Assembly: GCA_000320545.1 (NCBI GenBank)
Contig: ADNK01000487.1
Coordinates: forward strand, 13,736 to 77,735
Direction of reading: 5' to 3'
Source: Bigelowiella natans CCMP2755
Taxonomy: Eukaryota > Protista > Cercozoa
DNA: 64,000 bases
The notes under the pieces are model-generated. The model had not been told where the DNA came from. It saw only the letters and a list, made by a program, of their open reading frames with translations, and did not search any database. The position numbers and the translations under genes were made by a program. Position 1 is the stretch's first letter. The number at the start of each line of letters is the position of its first letter. Shown here piece after piece: positions 26,807 through 38,800 of this stretch.

Positions 26807-29800
26807 TTACTCATTTTGCGTGAAACTTTCGCTCAGTAGCTTGTAAACATCGACAATGTATTGCATTTGAATGCCCTTCGGAAAGTGCTTGAACCACTCC
26901 ATTTCGTTCATGTAATTGTCACCTACAGGCGCCCAACCGATGAAATCTGCAATTGGAGCTGAGGCAGAAGTTTGCGGCTCGATGAGCCTTTGGATGATGA
27001 GTTCCTGCATTGTAGGAACAAGAGTTTCGAGGTCCAAGCCCTTCGCATCTTGCTGTAACCTCTTCCCTTCATCTGCACCGAGGACCTCCTTGTAGCGAGC
27101 ATGCACGTTCTCAAATGGGTCTTTCACGGTGAAATCGCGGAGCGTCTTCCAGAGGGAGTCGATGTGCTTCAGCTTGATTTTGGATTGGATCGTGTGAGAG
27201 CCGAAATCCACATCCTTCATGAGGAGAACGTCTTTAACGTACTCAATCAGGAACTTATCCCCCACACCAATCTTTTGGATGTAGGAGCCTCCAGTGGCTT
27301 GGAGGAAGCTAATGCAGGTTTCCAGGAGGCGCATGGCTTTGTGCGCCATAGCTGGAGAACCAAGCTCGTTGAGAATTTGTTTTTGCTCTTCACGAGTGAG
27401 TGGTTCTTGGTCTACCTTCTCCTTCAGAAGGAGAGTATTAACCGCTCCTTCATCGTCGGTATATTGCACCATTCGCAACTCCATCTCTACAAGGGGCTTT
27501 CCTACGAAGAAAACGTCAAGCAGATACTGTTCAGCATTGTTGAAGTTGTAGATCGTGGCTCCATCATCTCCTATGCTGACGCATTGCTTCGCGACGAAAG
27601 GAACAAATTTCCCTTCCAAGTCGTACTTCAAAGTGTGGGCGACTGAGAAGAATTTAGACGAAACGACGTTCTTGCGCGAGGAGTTGCGTTGGAGCTCCTG
27701 GCCTCTGAGCAGGAGCTTTTCGTAGATTATTTCCACAAATTGGTTGTGGCGACGGGACAGGTAGTTCATGATACCAAGGCCACAGATTCCCTCATCCTTT
27801 TCCTGGGGAAGCACCATAGTGATTGGAGTCTTCTCATCAATCGAAAATTTCTTGTACATGTCGGGAATCTCGAGACAGGTGAATCGCTCCACGAATTTCC
27901 ACCCTAGGTTCCAGGCCTGCACATACCCCTGGAAAGCATCACGCCATCTCTTCTTATCAGAAGCCTTGGAGATGGCTTGGCCGATCGTCAGTTTCTGAGC
28001 CGCTTCCTTCGTCAAGGCACGGTTGAACTTCTGAAGAAGCAGTGTCTGGAACTCGATTGCGGCGGGGAAGTACTGCAAGGCTTGCAGGTTTTTCTCGGAG
28101 GACAAGAAGGCCGAGAGGACAGGGAAGTTGGCCTTGTTATCCTCGCTGAGGTTGAGTTCCATCGTGAAATCCTCGAGGGAGAACGGCGAGCGATACCGCC
28201 ACAGCGCTGGAGAGTGCTCCTGTCTCATCGAAGCAGGCATGATCTTGATGTCAGATTTTTCCATCAGCTCTTGCGTGAACACTTGTGCTCCGTCCTCCGA
28301 GTCCTGGGCGAACAGCTTCTGCGATGCCTCGAGACGTGGGGCCATGTTCTTGCTATCGAATACAACATCCACATTATTCTTCCCGAAGTGTGTCTCGAAG
28401 GCGTTTCTCTTGGGGATTGTGTCGAGCACCACCCAGCTGTGAATGCCTTGGACCGGGGGTTTCTTCGCTTCTACCAACATGGGCGGAATGGTATTGGTCG
28501 CGACTTGCTTGTTCGGCAGCACGAGATCGTTGAGTAGGGAGTGGAGCAGGATGCCAACATCATCCGGCGACTTTCTCACGAGCTTCGTCAACACCTTCCA
28601 GTCACCTCGGATGTGGTCTGCGAGGAAACCAGCGGTGTTCTTATGTGCTTTTGCACTAATGGTCTTGTTGAACAGCTTGGTAACCCGCTTCACCCATGTT
28701 TTTCCCGACACAATGGAGCCAGCGAGCAATGCACAGTGCATAAGAAGGCGCTGCGATCGGTCACTGATGGGCGTCATCGAGCGGACAGTCTCGAACGGCG
28801 CGCTTTCCTCCTTCGCCTCCTTGAGGCAGTAGTTTGGCTCGGATTTGTCCAGCGCCTTGGTCTTCTGAGAGTAGTTGGTGTTTCCTTCGAGCCCAGAATC
28901 AAGGTCGACCTGCCCTGGAAGGAGATTGTGATTCAGGCCGCCGATCTTAACACCGCACGTGGCGCATTTTTGCACGACGGTGGGGCGACCGCACTTGTCT
29001 ACGAAATACGCATGGCCGTTGGAGCACTTGTACCATCTTCCTCCCAAGATCCGCACGGCCATTGCCTGAGCATCTTCAAGCATGCAGGGCAGCCACTTGT
29101 TCACGCACGTCTCTGGCTTGAAGATGAGTCCATAGAAGAAGCGAGGGAGGCTGTTCTCAGCGGAAGACAGCGCAGCAACAGCAACATGCACGAGCACGCG
29201 GAACAGTACGATATCCTCGGTTTTGCTCTCTGGAGTCAGCTGTAGTAAGAAGCCATTGGCAGCTTCTTCCCATGCGAAGAACGCGATAAACTCGCGCTCC
29301 TGCGCTGAGAGGAAGGCCAGGTTAGGCGAGCTCTTGACCCAGGCTGCCAACTTCTTAATTTGGTTTCTGGTTGCTGCAGGAACGTCCTCAAGGACCTTGA
29401 GCAGGTAGCACTCGTGGAAGATCGCAGCAAGGAGCGCACCTTTGAGCGCGGGGATGCTTTCCTTCTTCTGGGTGAAGGTCTGCGTGCAGATCGCCTCGAG
29501 CTCCTTGAAGCCGGAGGTCTTAGGGTCGAGCCCAGTGCTCAGGGCCACGTGCACGTCGGAGAAGAGGGACTGCGCCTTAAACGGGTTGGTGTTAGGGAGC
29601 TTGTTGGAACCGAGGAAACGGATCAGTCCAGGCTCCGACGTATTCTTCCAATCTTTGAGCCATTTGCATTCGCTCAATGGCGACACGAGCATCGCAGAGC
29701 GCAGGAAGGACACCCCGCGGGATCTCTCAAGATTCTTAAGCAAGAACATGCGAAGGGAACGCACCATCGTCGCCTTGCTTTGGAAGACCGGCTCAAGGGC

Positions 29801-32800
29801 TTTAGACAGCTTCAAGACATCAGGCTTTAGCGCCTGAGCTTTAGTCTTTTCTTCCTTCTTGTCCTCAGTTGCCTGGAGCACTTGGTCGATACCATTTGCA
29901 AAGATGACGATGACATGCCGCAGTTTCGCAATCGTAGTCAATACCTTCTCTACCGGGTGAGAGTTCTTGCCCTTAAACTGGAACTCAAGTTGATCGAGCG
30001 CACTCGTCAACTCTGGCATTACAGCGAGGGCGTCGCCCACGGTCAGGGTTTTTTCGGCGAAAATTTGCTCCTGCACCGAAGCGTAGTTGACGCACAAGTT
30101 GGTGCCTAGATATTTTGCCTTCTTCACGGTCATTGCCATCACTTTATGGATCATCTGTTTTGTAAAGGGAAGATCAGGTGTGCGAGATTTCGATATATGA
30201 CCACAACTTTCGAAGCAATAATTTCCTCAAAGGAACATGCACACACGCACACGCGCACACTCTCACGCACAGGCAGAATTTAAGGGAATAATATCATCGA
30301 GACTTCGAAAAAATTAGACAAAAGTTACCTCCGTCGCCTTCCCCTTTAGTTTGGGGTCCGGAAGCTCCAAGATCTTTCGGAGCAAAAAGCTCTTACCCGC
30401 GTCAGATGGGACGACATCCACTGCCGTCTTCCTCATCTCTTTCAGCTTTTTCCCAGCTAACATCGCCACGAAATCGACGATGAGCTTGCTTTCCTTGACG
30501 TCCTTCCCAGTTGCACCAAAGCAGAGCTCGAAGAGGTAGAACTCCATAAACCGTGACGCAGCAGCCCTAAGTCCCTCTTCCGTGGCCATCGCCTTGAGCT
30601 TGTTCTTGAGGTCCGTTGCAGGCCTGAGCTCTTTAGTTTTTAGAGGCAGGTTTGTGAGCAGGTTGAGGTCATGGCCTTCCAGCCACTCTTCAATTGCTGC
30701 ACGCTCGTATATGCGGCCATCATCTACTAGGATCACAGGGTCCTTGAACGGCTCCAGCGTGATCGGGCAGATGAAATCATCTTTAGGGTTGATGATTTGG
30801 AAGCGAAGGTCGGAGAACATCTTAACAATGGCGCGGAATATAGAGGATGTGCGCAACTCGCCCTTCGCAGTTGGTTCCAATGTGCGTAAAGTGAGAGCCG
30901 GCTCCACCTTCATTGGGACAGAAACATCCCGTATGAACGTGTACGTGAAAAGGAGCTTCTCCCAAGAATTTGAGACTTCCTCAAGCGCGCTTGGAGGCTC
31001 TGAAAGACGTCCGCAAATGGCTAGTAATCCCTCCACAATAGGTCGAACATCCTCGAATTTGGTCATCCAATCGCCATAGTCCTGGACTTCCTTCCACTCC
31101 TGAGCGCTTGGAGCGAGACCGGCGATGACGTGTCCCACGAGCGTCATGTCAAGATCTGCACCCATGCTCTCTGCGGCTAAAACAGAGCCCTTGATGGAAG
31201 CTAGGCATGGAGGCACGGCATCGATCAGCCCAAAGTACGCAGTGATGGTGGTTTCTGTCTGCCAGTAGTAAGCATGGATCTCTGAGATCAAGGTTGGTTC
31301 GGACCCCTTGGCGAGAGAGACGATCTTCCACAATATCTGCGCTTGCTGTACACGATCCATGTTCTGCGAGAAGGCACAGTTCATGGCGGTGAAATCGTAC
31401 GCGTAGCGGAAGAGCGTTGCCTTGTCCATCTTGTCGGCAATACCAAACTCCCAATTGAGGAGCGAGAACTGCGACTGGAGAGACTTGGCAGGATTTTGGC
31501 TATCCTGGGTGAGGGATCGAGCCTCAGTGAGGATACGGGCCAAGAAGAACGAGAAGGGGAAGCGAGAGCGGAATGACTGCGAGGATGATCCGTCACTGAG
31601 GACCTCGACTGCTCCGCCTTCCTTTATGCTCATAAGCTGAAAGCCACCGAGATCATTCACTGAGCGACCGAAGAGGTACAACCAGATATCTCTCACTTTG
31701 CTTCCCGCCTTTGAGAGGAGGAATAAACCGGTGTTTCTGTCCATGTGCGACAGCAGGAGTGCAAAGGCTGAGGATAATGTGTCCAGGATCTGCCTGTGGA
31801 GGGCTGCTTGGAAAGTTCCAGCAAGAGCGAGGTCCTCCTCTTTCTTGGCGGCCTGCATAAGCTCGAGCTTCTTTCCGCTACGTCCTACAATCTCCTTCAC
31901 AGCGTCGCTCACAGGATCGATAAATTGAGGATCGGTCTTGAGCGAGTTTAGCAGGAAGCCAATTTGCTCCTTGACGTCTTCGTTGGTGCGCTCGTGCAGA
32001 TAGACCAACCGAGCCAGGGCGCGTCGGAAAGACGCGAGGAGAACCTTTTTGAGGTCGAGGAGCTCCATGATGTCCTTCATGCTGAGGTCTTTGGTGTTGA
32101 GCATTTGCTGGATGTCTGGGAGACCGGTGTTCGCAGCGGGCTCTATGTCGTCAACGAAGGCCATTCGCCAGCGCTTATCGTAGTCAATGAGGAACTGAAG
32201 ATCACCACGCGGCAGGTGGACCAGGATCACCACATGCACTCCTTTGGGTCCAACTGGTCCTCCTGCAGATCCTGATTTTCCTTCCCCCTTGCCTTCGCTC
32301 TTTCCTTCCACGCTCTCTGCGGTCGCCTTGCCCTCCGTCGCTTTACCCTCGGCTGCTTTGCCTTCGGGCGCTTTGCCTTCTTCCCCTCCAGATTTAGATT
32401 CCTTCGCATCCTTCGAGTCGTCGTCGTCCTTTTCGACTTTCGGTTTTGCGTTCTTCACCTCACTCCAACGGGAGCGGAGAAATTTGGATCGCGCGTGCTC
32501 AATGATGTATCGAGCGTGCTCAATGCGACGGAAGCTTGCTGCCTGAGGATCGCACTGGAGTAGGAAAACTGAGCCCTGCTCGCAGGTCTCGAAGAAGTCA
32601 GAGATAGCCGTTTTAAGGTCTCTTTCGGAAGACAGCTCGTGCAAAGTTCTGGTGGTAACTTTCTTCCATTTACTATGCTGAGATAGAGCCTTTCCAGAGT
32701 GGAGAGACATAGGAGAGAAGGTCAGAATCTGAGCTTGGACACCCATATCATCGCGAGCCCATGGCTCGAACATGTTGTCGGCAAACGTGATGAAGTCAGA

Positions 32801-35800
32801 ATGATGCTGCTTCTTGAAGTATGTATCAACGACATCAATGCTGTGGAGCTGCTTGAGGGCAACGGAACGCTCGCGCAGAGTCATCACGCGGCACGCAGAC
32901 TCGGGGGTTGCGAGCCACAAGAGGCGCTGGATACATTCTTGTGTCGTTTCCTGAATGTCGGACACCTCAGGCAAGGACTGGACCAGGGAGGAAAGCATAT
33001 CGTTGTGGAACCCTACGAAGCAAGTACGAAGGTCTGACATGGAAGGTTTCTGATTGCCTTGGCCTGAGGAGAATATGGTTGTGAATTGGCGCAGGTTCTT
33101 CTCCACCTGTCGCTGAACGTTGGAGAGAAGGTTGGATCGCTCCATCACTTGCTTCTCGAAACGATTCAGCAGTGGAGGCGCCAGTCGGTTGTATGCGTCG
33201 ATCTTCTCGACGACGACGATCACGCGGAAGGAGCGGTGGATCTCACAAAGCCTAGAAGCAGTACCGAACGCAAGGCGAACGTATAGTTTCCCTCCGTATT
33301 CGGTGTAATGCTGGTTGAGTAGGTCGTATAGGGATTCGTAAAGATCCTCGCAGTATACGAGAACAACTGTGCGACCTTCGGCCATACACAGTTTGATGTT
33401 TTGCAGGTTGAGGCAGACCTGAAGGTCGGTCTTATCTGCAGGGAAGTCGGATCCAAAAATAACCTCCGTATTCTCCTGCTTACGTAAGTTGTAATCGAAT
33501 AAGAGCGAGAGAGCAGCGTTATTCTTCGTCAGCAGCATAAGATGACGCGCTTCCTTGGAGCCAATATTTTGACGAATCAACTCCACAACGTCGTCCTCCT
33601 TAGATCCTTTGCGTGAAATACCCATAGTCTCGTAGAACACATCAAGGACTTTCTGCATGTCATTGGGCTTTCCACCAAAGTTGCGCTGCACCGCATTCAT
33701 TACCACCTGTGCGTTGAGCTCGGCGCCCTTCTCTTCCGCAAGCATACGGTTGATGTGGCGAACAGTCGAGTAGAACTCACGAAGTCCCCAGAAGTCCTGT
33801 TGTTTCTGAGATTCGTATACGGTAGAGTACGCTCGCGCAATCTTACGCAGGAATCCGGACAGCTGAGCGTTATTGACCATACCCTCGGCTGTTTTAGACA
33901 GGTCGCTCACGGTTGGGGCCGGGCGGTAGAGATGCACAGCGCGATTCATTTTTGCGGGGTCGAGCGCCCAGTTGGAAATACCGACGAGCGTGTATTCGTG
34001 GTCCTCATCCAGGACCTTGTGGAGAACCTTAAGTGGCAGGTGAGGGCTCTGTTCAGCCAAACCAACCTCATCAAGCAGGACCACGCAAATGGTGTCAGGA
34101 GCACTGAGCTTGTAGCGAGCAGCAGCTTGGAAGGCTTGCTCGATACCGTCGGAAGTAGAGAGTGGAGAGCACTGGTATGAGAAGATGTCCACAGGGGGGA
34201 GAGATCGGAGGAAGGCATTCTCTGAAGCTTCTCCGTTCATGTTCGCCTGGATGAGACCCATGGCCAGCGACTTGGAAGTTCCAGGCTTGCCGACGACGAA
34301 AATAGGGATCTTATTCAGAATCGATACCATGATCATGAAAAGGTTTTCCAAGAGTGCCTCGTTCAGGGCGATTCCTTCAGGAATGTTGATGTGTTCGACA
34401 AAATCGCGCATCACTTGATCAATGACCTTCGAGAATCTATCGGCGTTGAGCTCAAGCCACTGGCAGCGCGGTCCATACTTGGGTTCTTTCTTCGTGGTGC
34501 CGCCGAACACGGAAGCATACAAAGAGCCCTTCTCAACAAAACCGATAGGTTCCTGAAGTTTATCCCAAGTCTTTTGAATAATGACCCCGAATTCTTTCCT
34601 GTCCTCGCGACCGAGACGTGCATGGTAGCAGTAGGCAAGGGACATGATCATAGCCCGACGCACATAATCCCTTGCAACCTCTTCCACGTTGAAGAACTCG
34701 AAGACACCCCACTTCTTATCATCCTTTTCTTCACTCGCGCCCACATGGCCGGCGAAATGCTCACCGAACCAACAGAATACCTTGACAGCGCGCGACACAT
34801 CCCGTAGCGATACAACGGAGCGCTCTTCGTTGTGGATCTTTCTCACGAACTCCTGTGCAGCAGAGATGAGCTTCGCGAACACGGCGACGAACTCCTGGAA
34901 GGGGCTCTCGCCTTTCTTGGACTCCATCTCCTCCATGAGCTTCTTCATCTCCTCAGGGGCCAGGGTGGTTCCTCCTGCCGGGGTAGATCCCGATCCAGAC
35001 CCTTGTTGTCGTTGCAGATTGCGCTGATGCTGAAGAATGCTGACGAGATCATGCGTAGCTTGGTTTCGCTGTCTAGAGTTGCCTCCTTGCATGGCAGCTG
35101 TCATCAGAGAGCGGATACGAGCCATCTCTTCCTCCTTTGTGGAGCCCTGCGATGCCCCACCTCCTTGAGGTTGAGCTGGTGTTGCCTTCTTGTCTCCCTT
35201 TTTCTCGTCCTTCGTCGTCTTCTTCTTCTCCTCGGTTCTCAGGTAGATCGAAAGCTGGCGCTTGAGGATAGCAGCCACATAAAGCGCCTCCGTCGCGGCC
35301 GGAAGGGCGCCGAAATCAAAGACATGGTCAATCATGGATTCGGGAAGAGGGTGTACCCGGTACACTAGATTCTTCAAAGGATCACGGATACCCGTACCGA
35401 TGTTTTCTGAGCCGCCTTGGAATGTGTCGAACGCGAGACCTGCCATGGCCTCTTGTTCCAGCGCTTGCTTCGACTTCAAACGGTATGGATTGCAAGCAGC
35501 GATGATCCTCATAGAGTTGGGCAGGAAGCGACCCTGGACAGAGCGGTCACAGATTATCTCCTTGAAGAGACCCATGCAGTTACAGGTGTTCACTTCATCG
35601 AGGAAGATCACCACTCGCTCCTCGTCGTGCAACATCTCCGCTTCCTCAATACGAAGCTTGAGCCAGCTTACTACATCATCTGCTTCCATTCCACCGTGTA
35701 TATTTAATGTTCTCAACGGCGTCCGCAGCACAGCTGTGAGTTGCTTAATCAGTGAGGATTTGCCGCAACCGGTCTCCCCCATAATCATAACTGGCAGCTC

Positions 35801-38800
35801 ATTTCTCAATCTAAGCTGAATTGACAACATCTTAAGCAGGTTGTCAATAGTAATGACGTATCCAGCGTTAACAGGATCGAGTTTCATGTCAGAGGCCCCG
35901 GTTGAAAGCCTCCAGCCCTCCACCTTTTTTAGGATATCCATGGCCTCTTCAGAGGTCAGCCTGGACCAGTCTTTGTCAAGATGGCGAAGGCCCTGCGCTT
36001 TGAGATTCTCCACAAGGATGGGTGAGATGTATTGGTTGAGGAACCGGCGATTGAGCGAGAGAATGTTGAATCCCTCGTATCCGCCGCCTCTTCTGAAACT
36101 TTCGTACCAGATGCACACGGGGTGATCCGTATCGTCCCACTTCATCATGTTTTGGAATCGAACAGCAAGGTTGTCAGAGGCCTGGCGAACAAGCTCAGGG
36201 TCTGCCCCGCCCTCCCGTGCTTGCGCCTGATCAAAAGCATGGTGGGTTAATTACATACACGACGATTATCAAGAAAGAAGAAGAGTTTTTTCTGGGTGGT
36301 TCAACATTGTTTGTTATAGCCTAGTTGATTCAGAGAAAAATGAACACGAGCGTGACCTCTTGCAATCCGATCGAAGATTGGCGACCAAGTGCAGGCTGTA
36401 CAGGAGGGGGTGCACCAGCGCCAAGTGCCACTTGAGCTTGAAGTGATCCACCACCAAATAAGTTGTTAGCGTTGCCTCCCTGAGAGTAAGGGTTGCTGCC
36501 AAAGGGGTTGGACCTGTTGCTTCCCCCAGCAGAGCCTGTCGCAACGTTTGGAACTTTATTCTTCTTCTCGACACGGCCGAATTGACGGCCACGAGGCACA
36601 GCACGAAGTGTGAAATCCTTGGAGGTCTCAATCATCAGATTGCAGAAGACATGCTTGATACGTTTCAGTTCCTCGAGGAATTGAAGCACCTCATTTGTGA
36701 AAATGAAGTATCCAGTGGTAGGGTCCATTCCTTGGAAGCCCGCATACATGAACTTGATGAAGTTATCGAAGATTAAGTAGCTAGGCTCGTCTCCTGGGGT
36801 TTGCTTGTTCATGGTAAACATTCGCAAGAGCTCAAACGCTTCAGCGGGGGAGAGAGGGTCCATCGGGCCCGGGTTCCACGCGAGATCTAACTTAGCCCCC
36901 GGAAGGAACTTTTGCTCCTTGTAAGCCTTCAAGAAGTGAGTTACGTAGCAAATAGGATCGAGGGAAGTGGGTGCTGGCAGTCCGATTTGGGTGTTTTGGG
37001 GAGGATTCTTAAATATTGGCATTGTGAGAGACATGGTTTCTGGGCCGACTTTGAGGTGCTGCTTTGGAAGCAGGGCGGGGAACCTCAGAGCTTCCGCCGT
37101 CTTGTTTCTCTCAGAGTTAGGAATCTCGAGATAGTAACAGTCCTTATTGCTCCGTGGATACACCGCACAAGTTACTGGATTCTTCAGCACTCCCACGATC
37201 AAAAGCTCGAATAAGCACGTGTTCGCATTGGCAGGAATAATGTGACCGATGTCAATATGGAAGGCGTTACGCTCGCGAGAACCGCCAAACTTAGAGAGAC
37301 GGGCAACTAGAGTTCCCGAGGTAGAGCTTTCATGGTAAGGCACACGTCGGTATGCAAACCGTTCATTAGCGGCCTGGCGTTTACCAATCTGGGTGAGAAT
37401 GTAGTGGGATTTGCCGCCTCCATTGATATTGGAAGATACGCATGTAGTCTCTCCACACCATTTTTTGCACGCGTTCGCAAGGGAATGCTTCAGAGTTTTT
37501 TGATCAAGAGGACCAAGCTCCACAAGCTGAGCAGAGAGAGAGTTCAGCAAGACCTGACGAGGTTTACCAGAGACGAGTAACAGTTGAGCGGCATCGTCAG
37601 TTCCGAAATCCGCCAGCATTTCCCTCAACTTCTCGAGGACAGAGACTTGGTATGTGTATGGCAGAGCGTGGATATCCGCAACCGTGAAGACGTAATGGCC
37701 TCGCTGGTGTTTCTTGGCAGAGATGAAACGGTAGAAAATGAGCTCAATCTCCTCTAAGGTAGTCTGGGACGAGCAGAAAAGGATTTCTGAGGGCTCAGGA
37801 ATACGCCCACGGCGTACATAAACAGACAGAACCACCTCGATGACAGCTTCAGCACTTTCTGCACAAGTAACGAACACCGGCAGACGCTTCTCAGCCATGA
37901 TAGATTCCTCTTCCTCAACGGATACAAGCATATCCGCACGATTCTTCGCTTGAGCGCCTGGAAGCGGAATGGCTCGGAAGTTGGCCTGGTTTCTTCCTTC
38001 ATCCTTTTCTTTCTCGGCAGCTTCTTTCGCCTTTCCTTCAGCACCGGCTCCCTTGCCCTCCTTAGACACCTTTGTAGAGAGAAGGCCATCCAGCATCGAG
38101 CCCAACGACTCGAGCTTAAACACGTTAGCCTTGGAAGAGATCAAGCCCGTATCGTTGTCTTCCTCCTCCATCTGCTTTACCCCTTCCTTAAGCTTCTTCG
38201 AGAACTCGCTGAATACCTTCTGGACCTCCCGTATGTCTACGGAAGACTTTACGAGCGTGAGCATCGACCCAAAGTCCTTGCCCGAATCGTACTGGGTTGC
38301 GTTCTCGCGGTAGGATGGAGAGCGTGATCGCCTTCTCTTCTTAATTCCGCCAGCGTCAATGATCATCTTCGCAAATGCTTCTGGACGAGGGGTCATACAC
38401 ATTAAGCATTTCTCGGTGTCTATCTTGTTGTCGAATGTACACGATGGGCATTTCCAGATCTTCGGAAGGGCATCCTCCTAACATTATCATTATCAGCACA
38501 ATCAATAAAAAAGCTAACAGAGGAAAAATCGGAGCTGGGACTGATTGGTATCACACTTTCATGTCCCCCACAAATTTTGCATACGTTACCTTTGATTCCT
38601 TCTTTTCCTCTTCCTTATTCTGTTCTTCATTCTCCTCCTCATTTCCCTTTGCTTCTTGCGATGGCCTCCATTTTTTGCTCTCTCCCAATAGCAGGTCGAC
38701 CAACTTCAGAATCTCACGCATTGTGAAGAAATTGAGATAGTAGAAGTTCGTACGTGCACGCTTGATAATAGCGTTCCACGAGGAGAGCTCCTGCTGCAAA

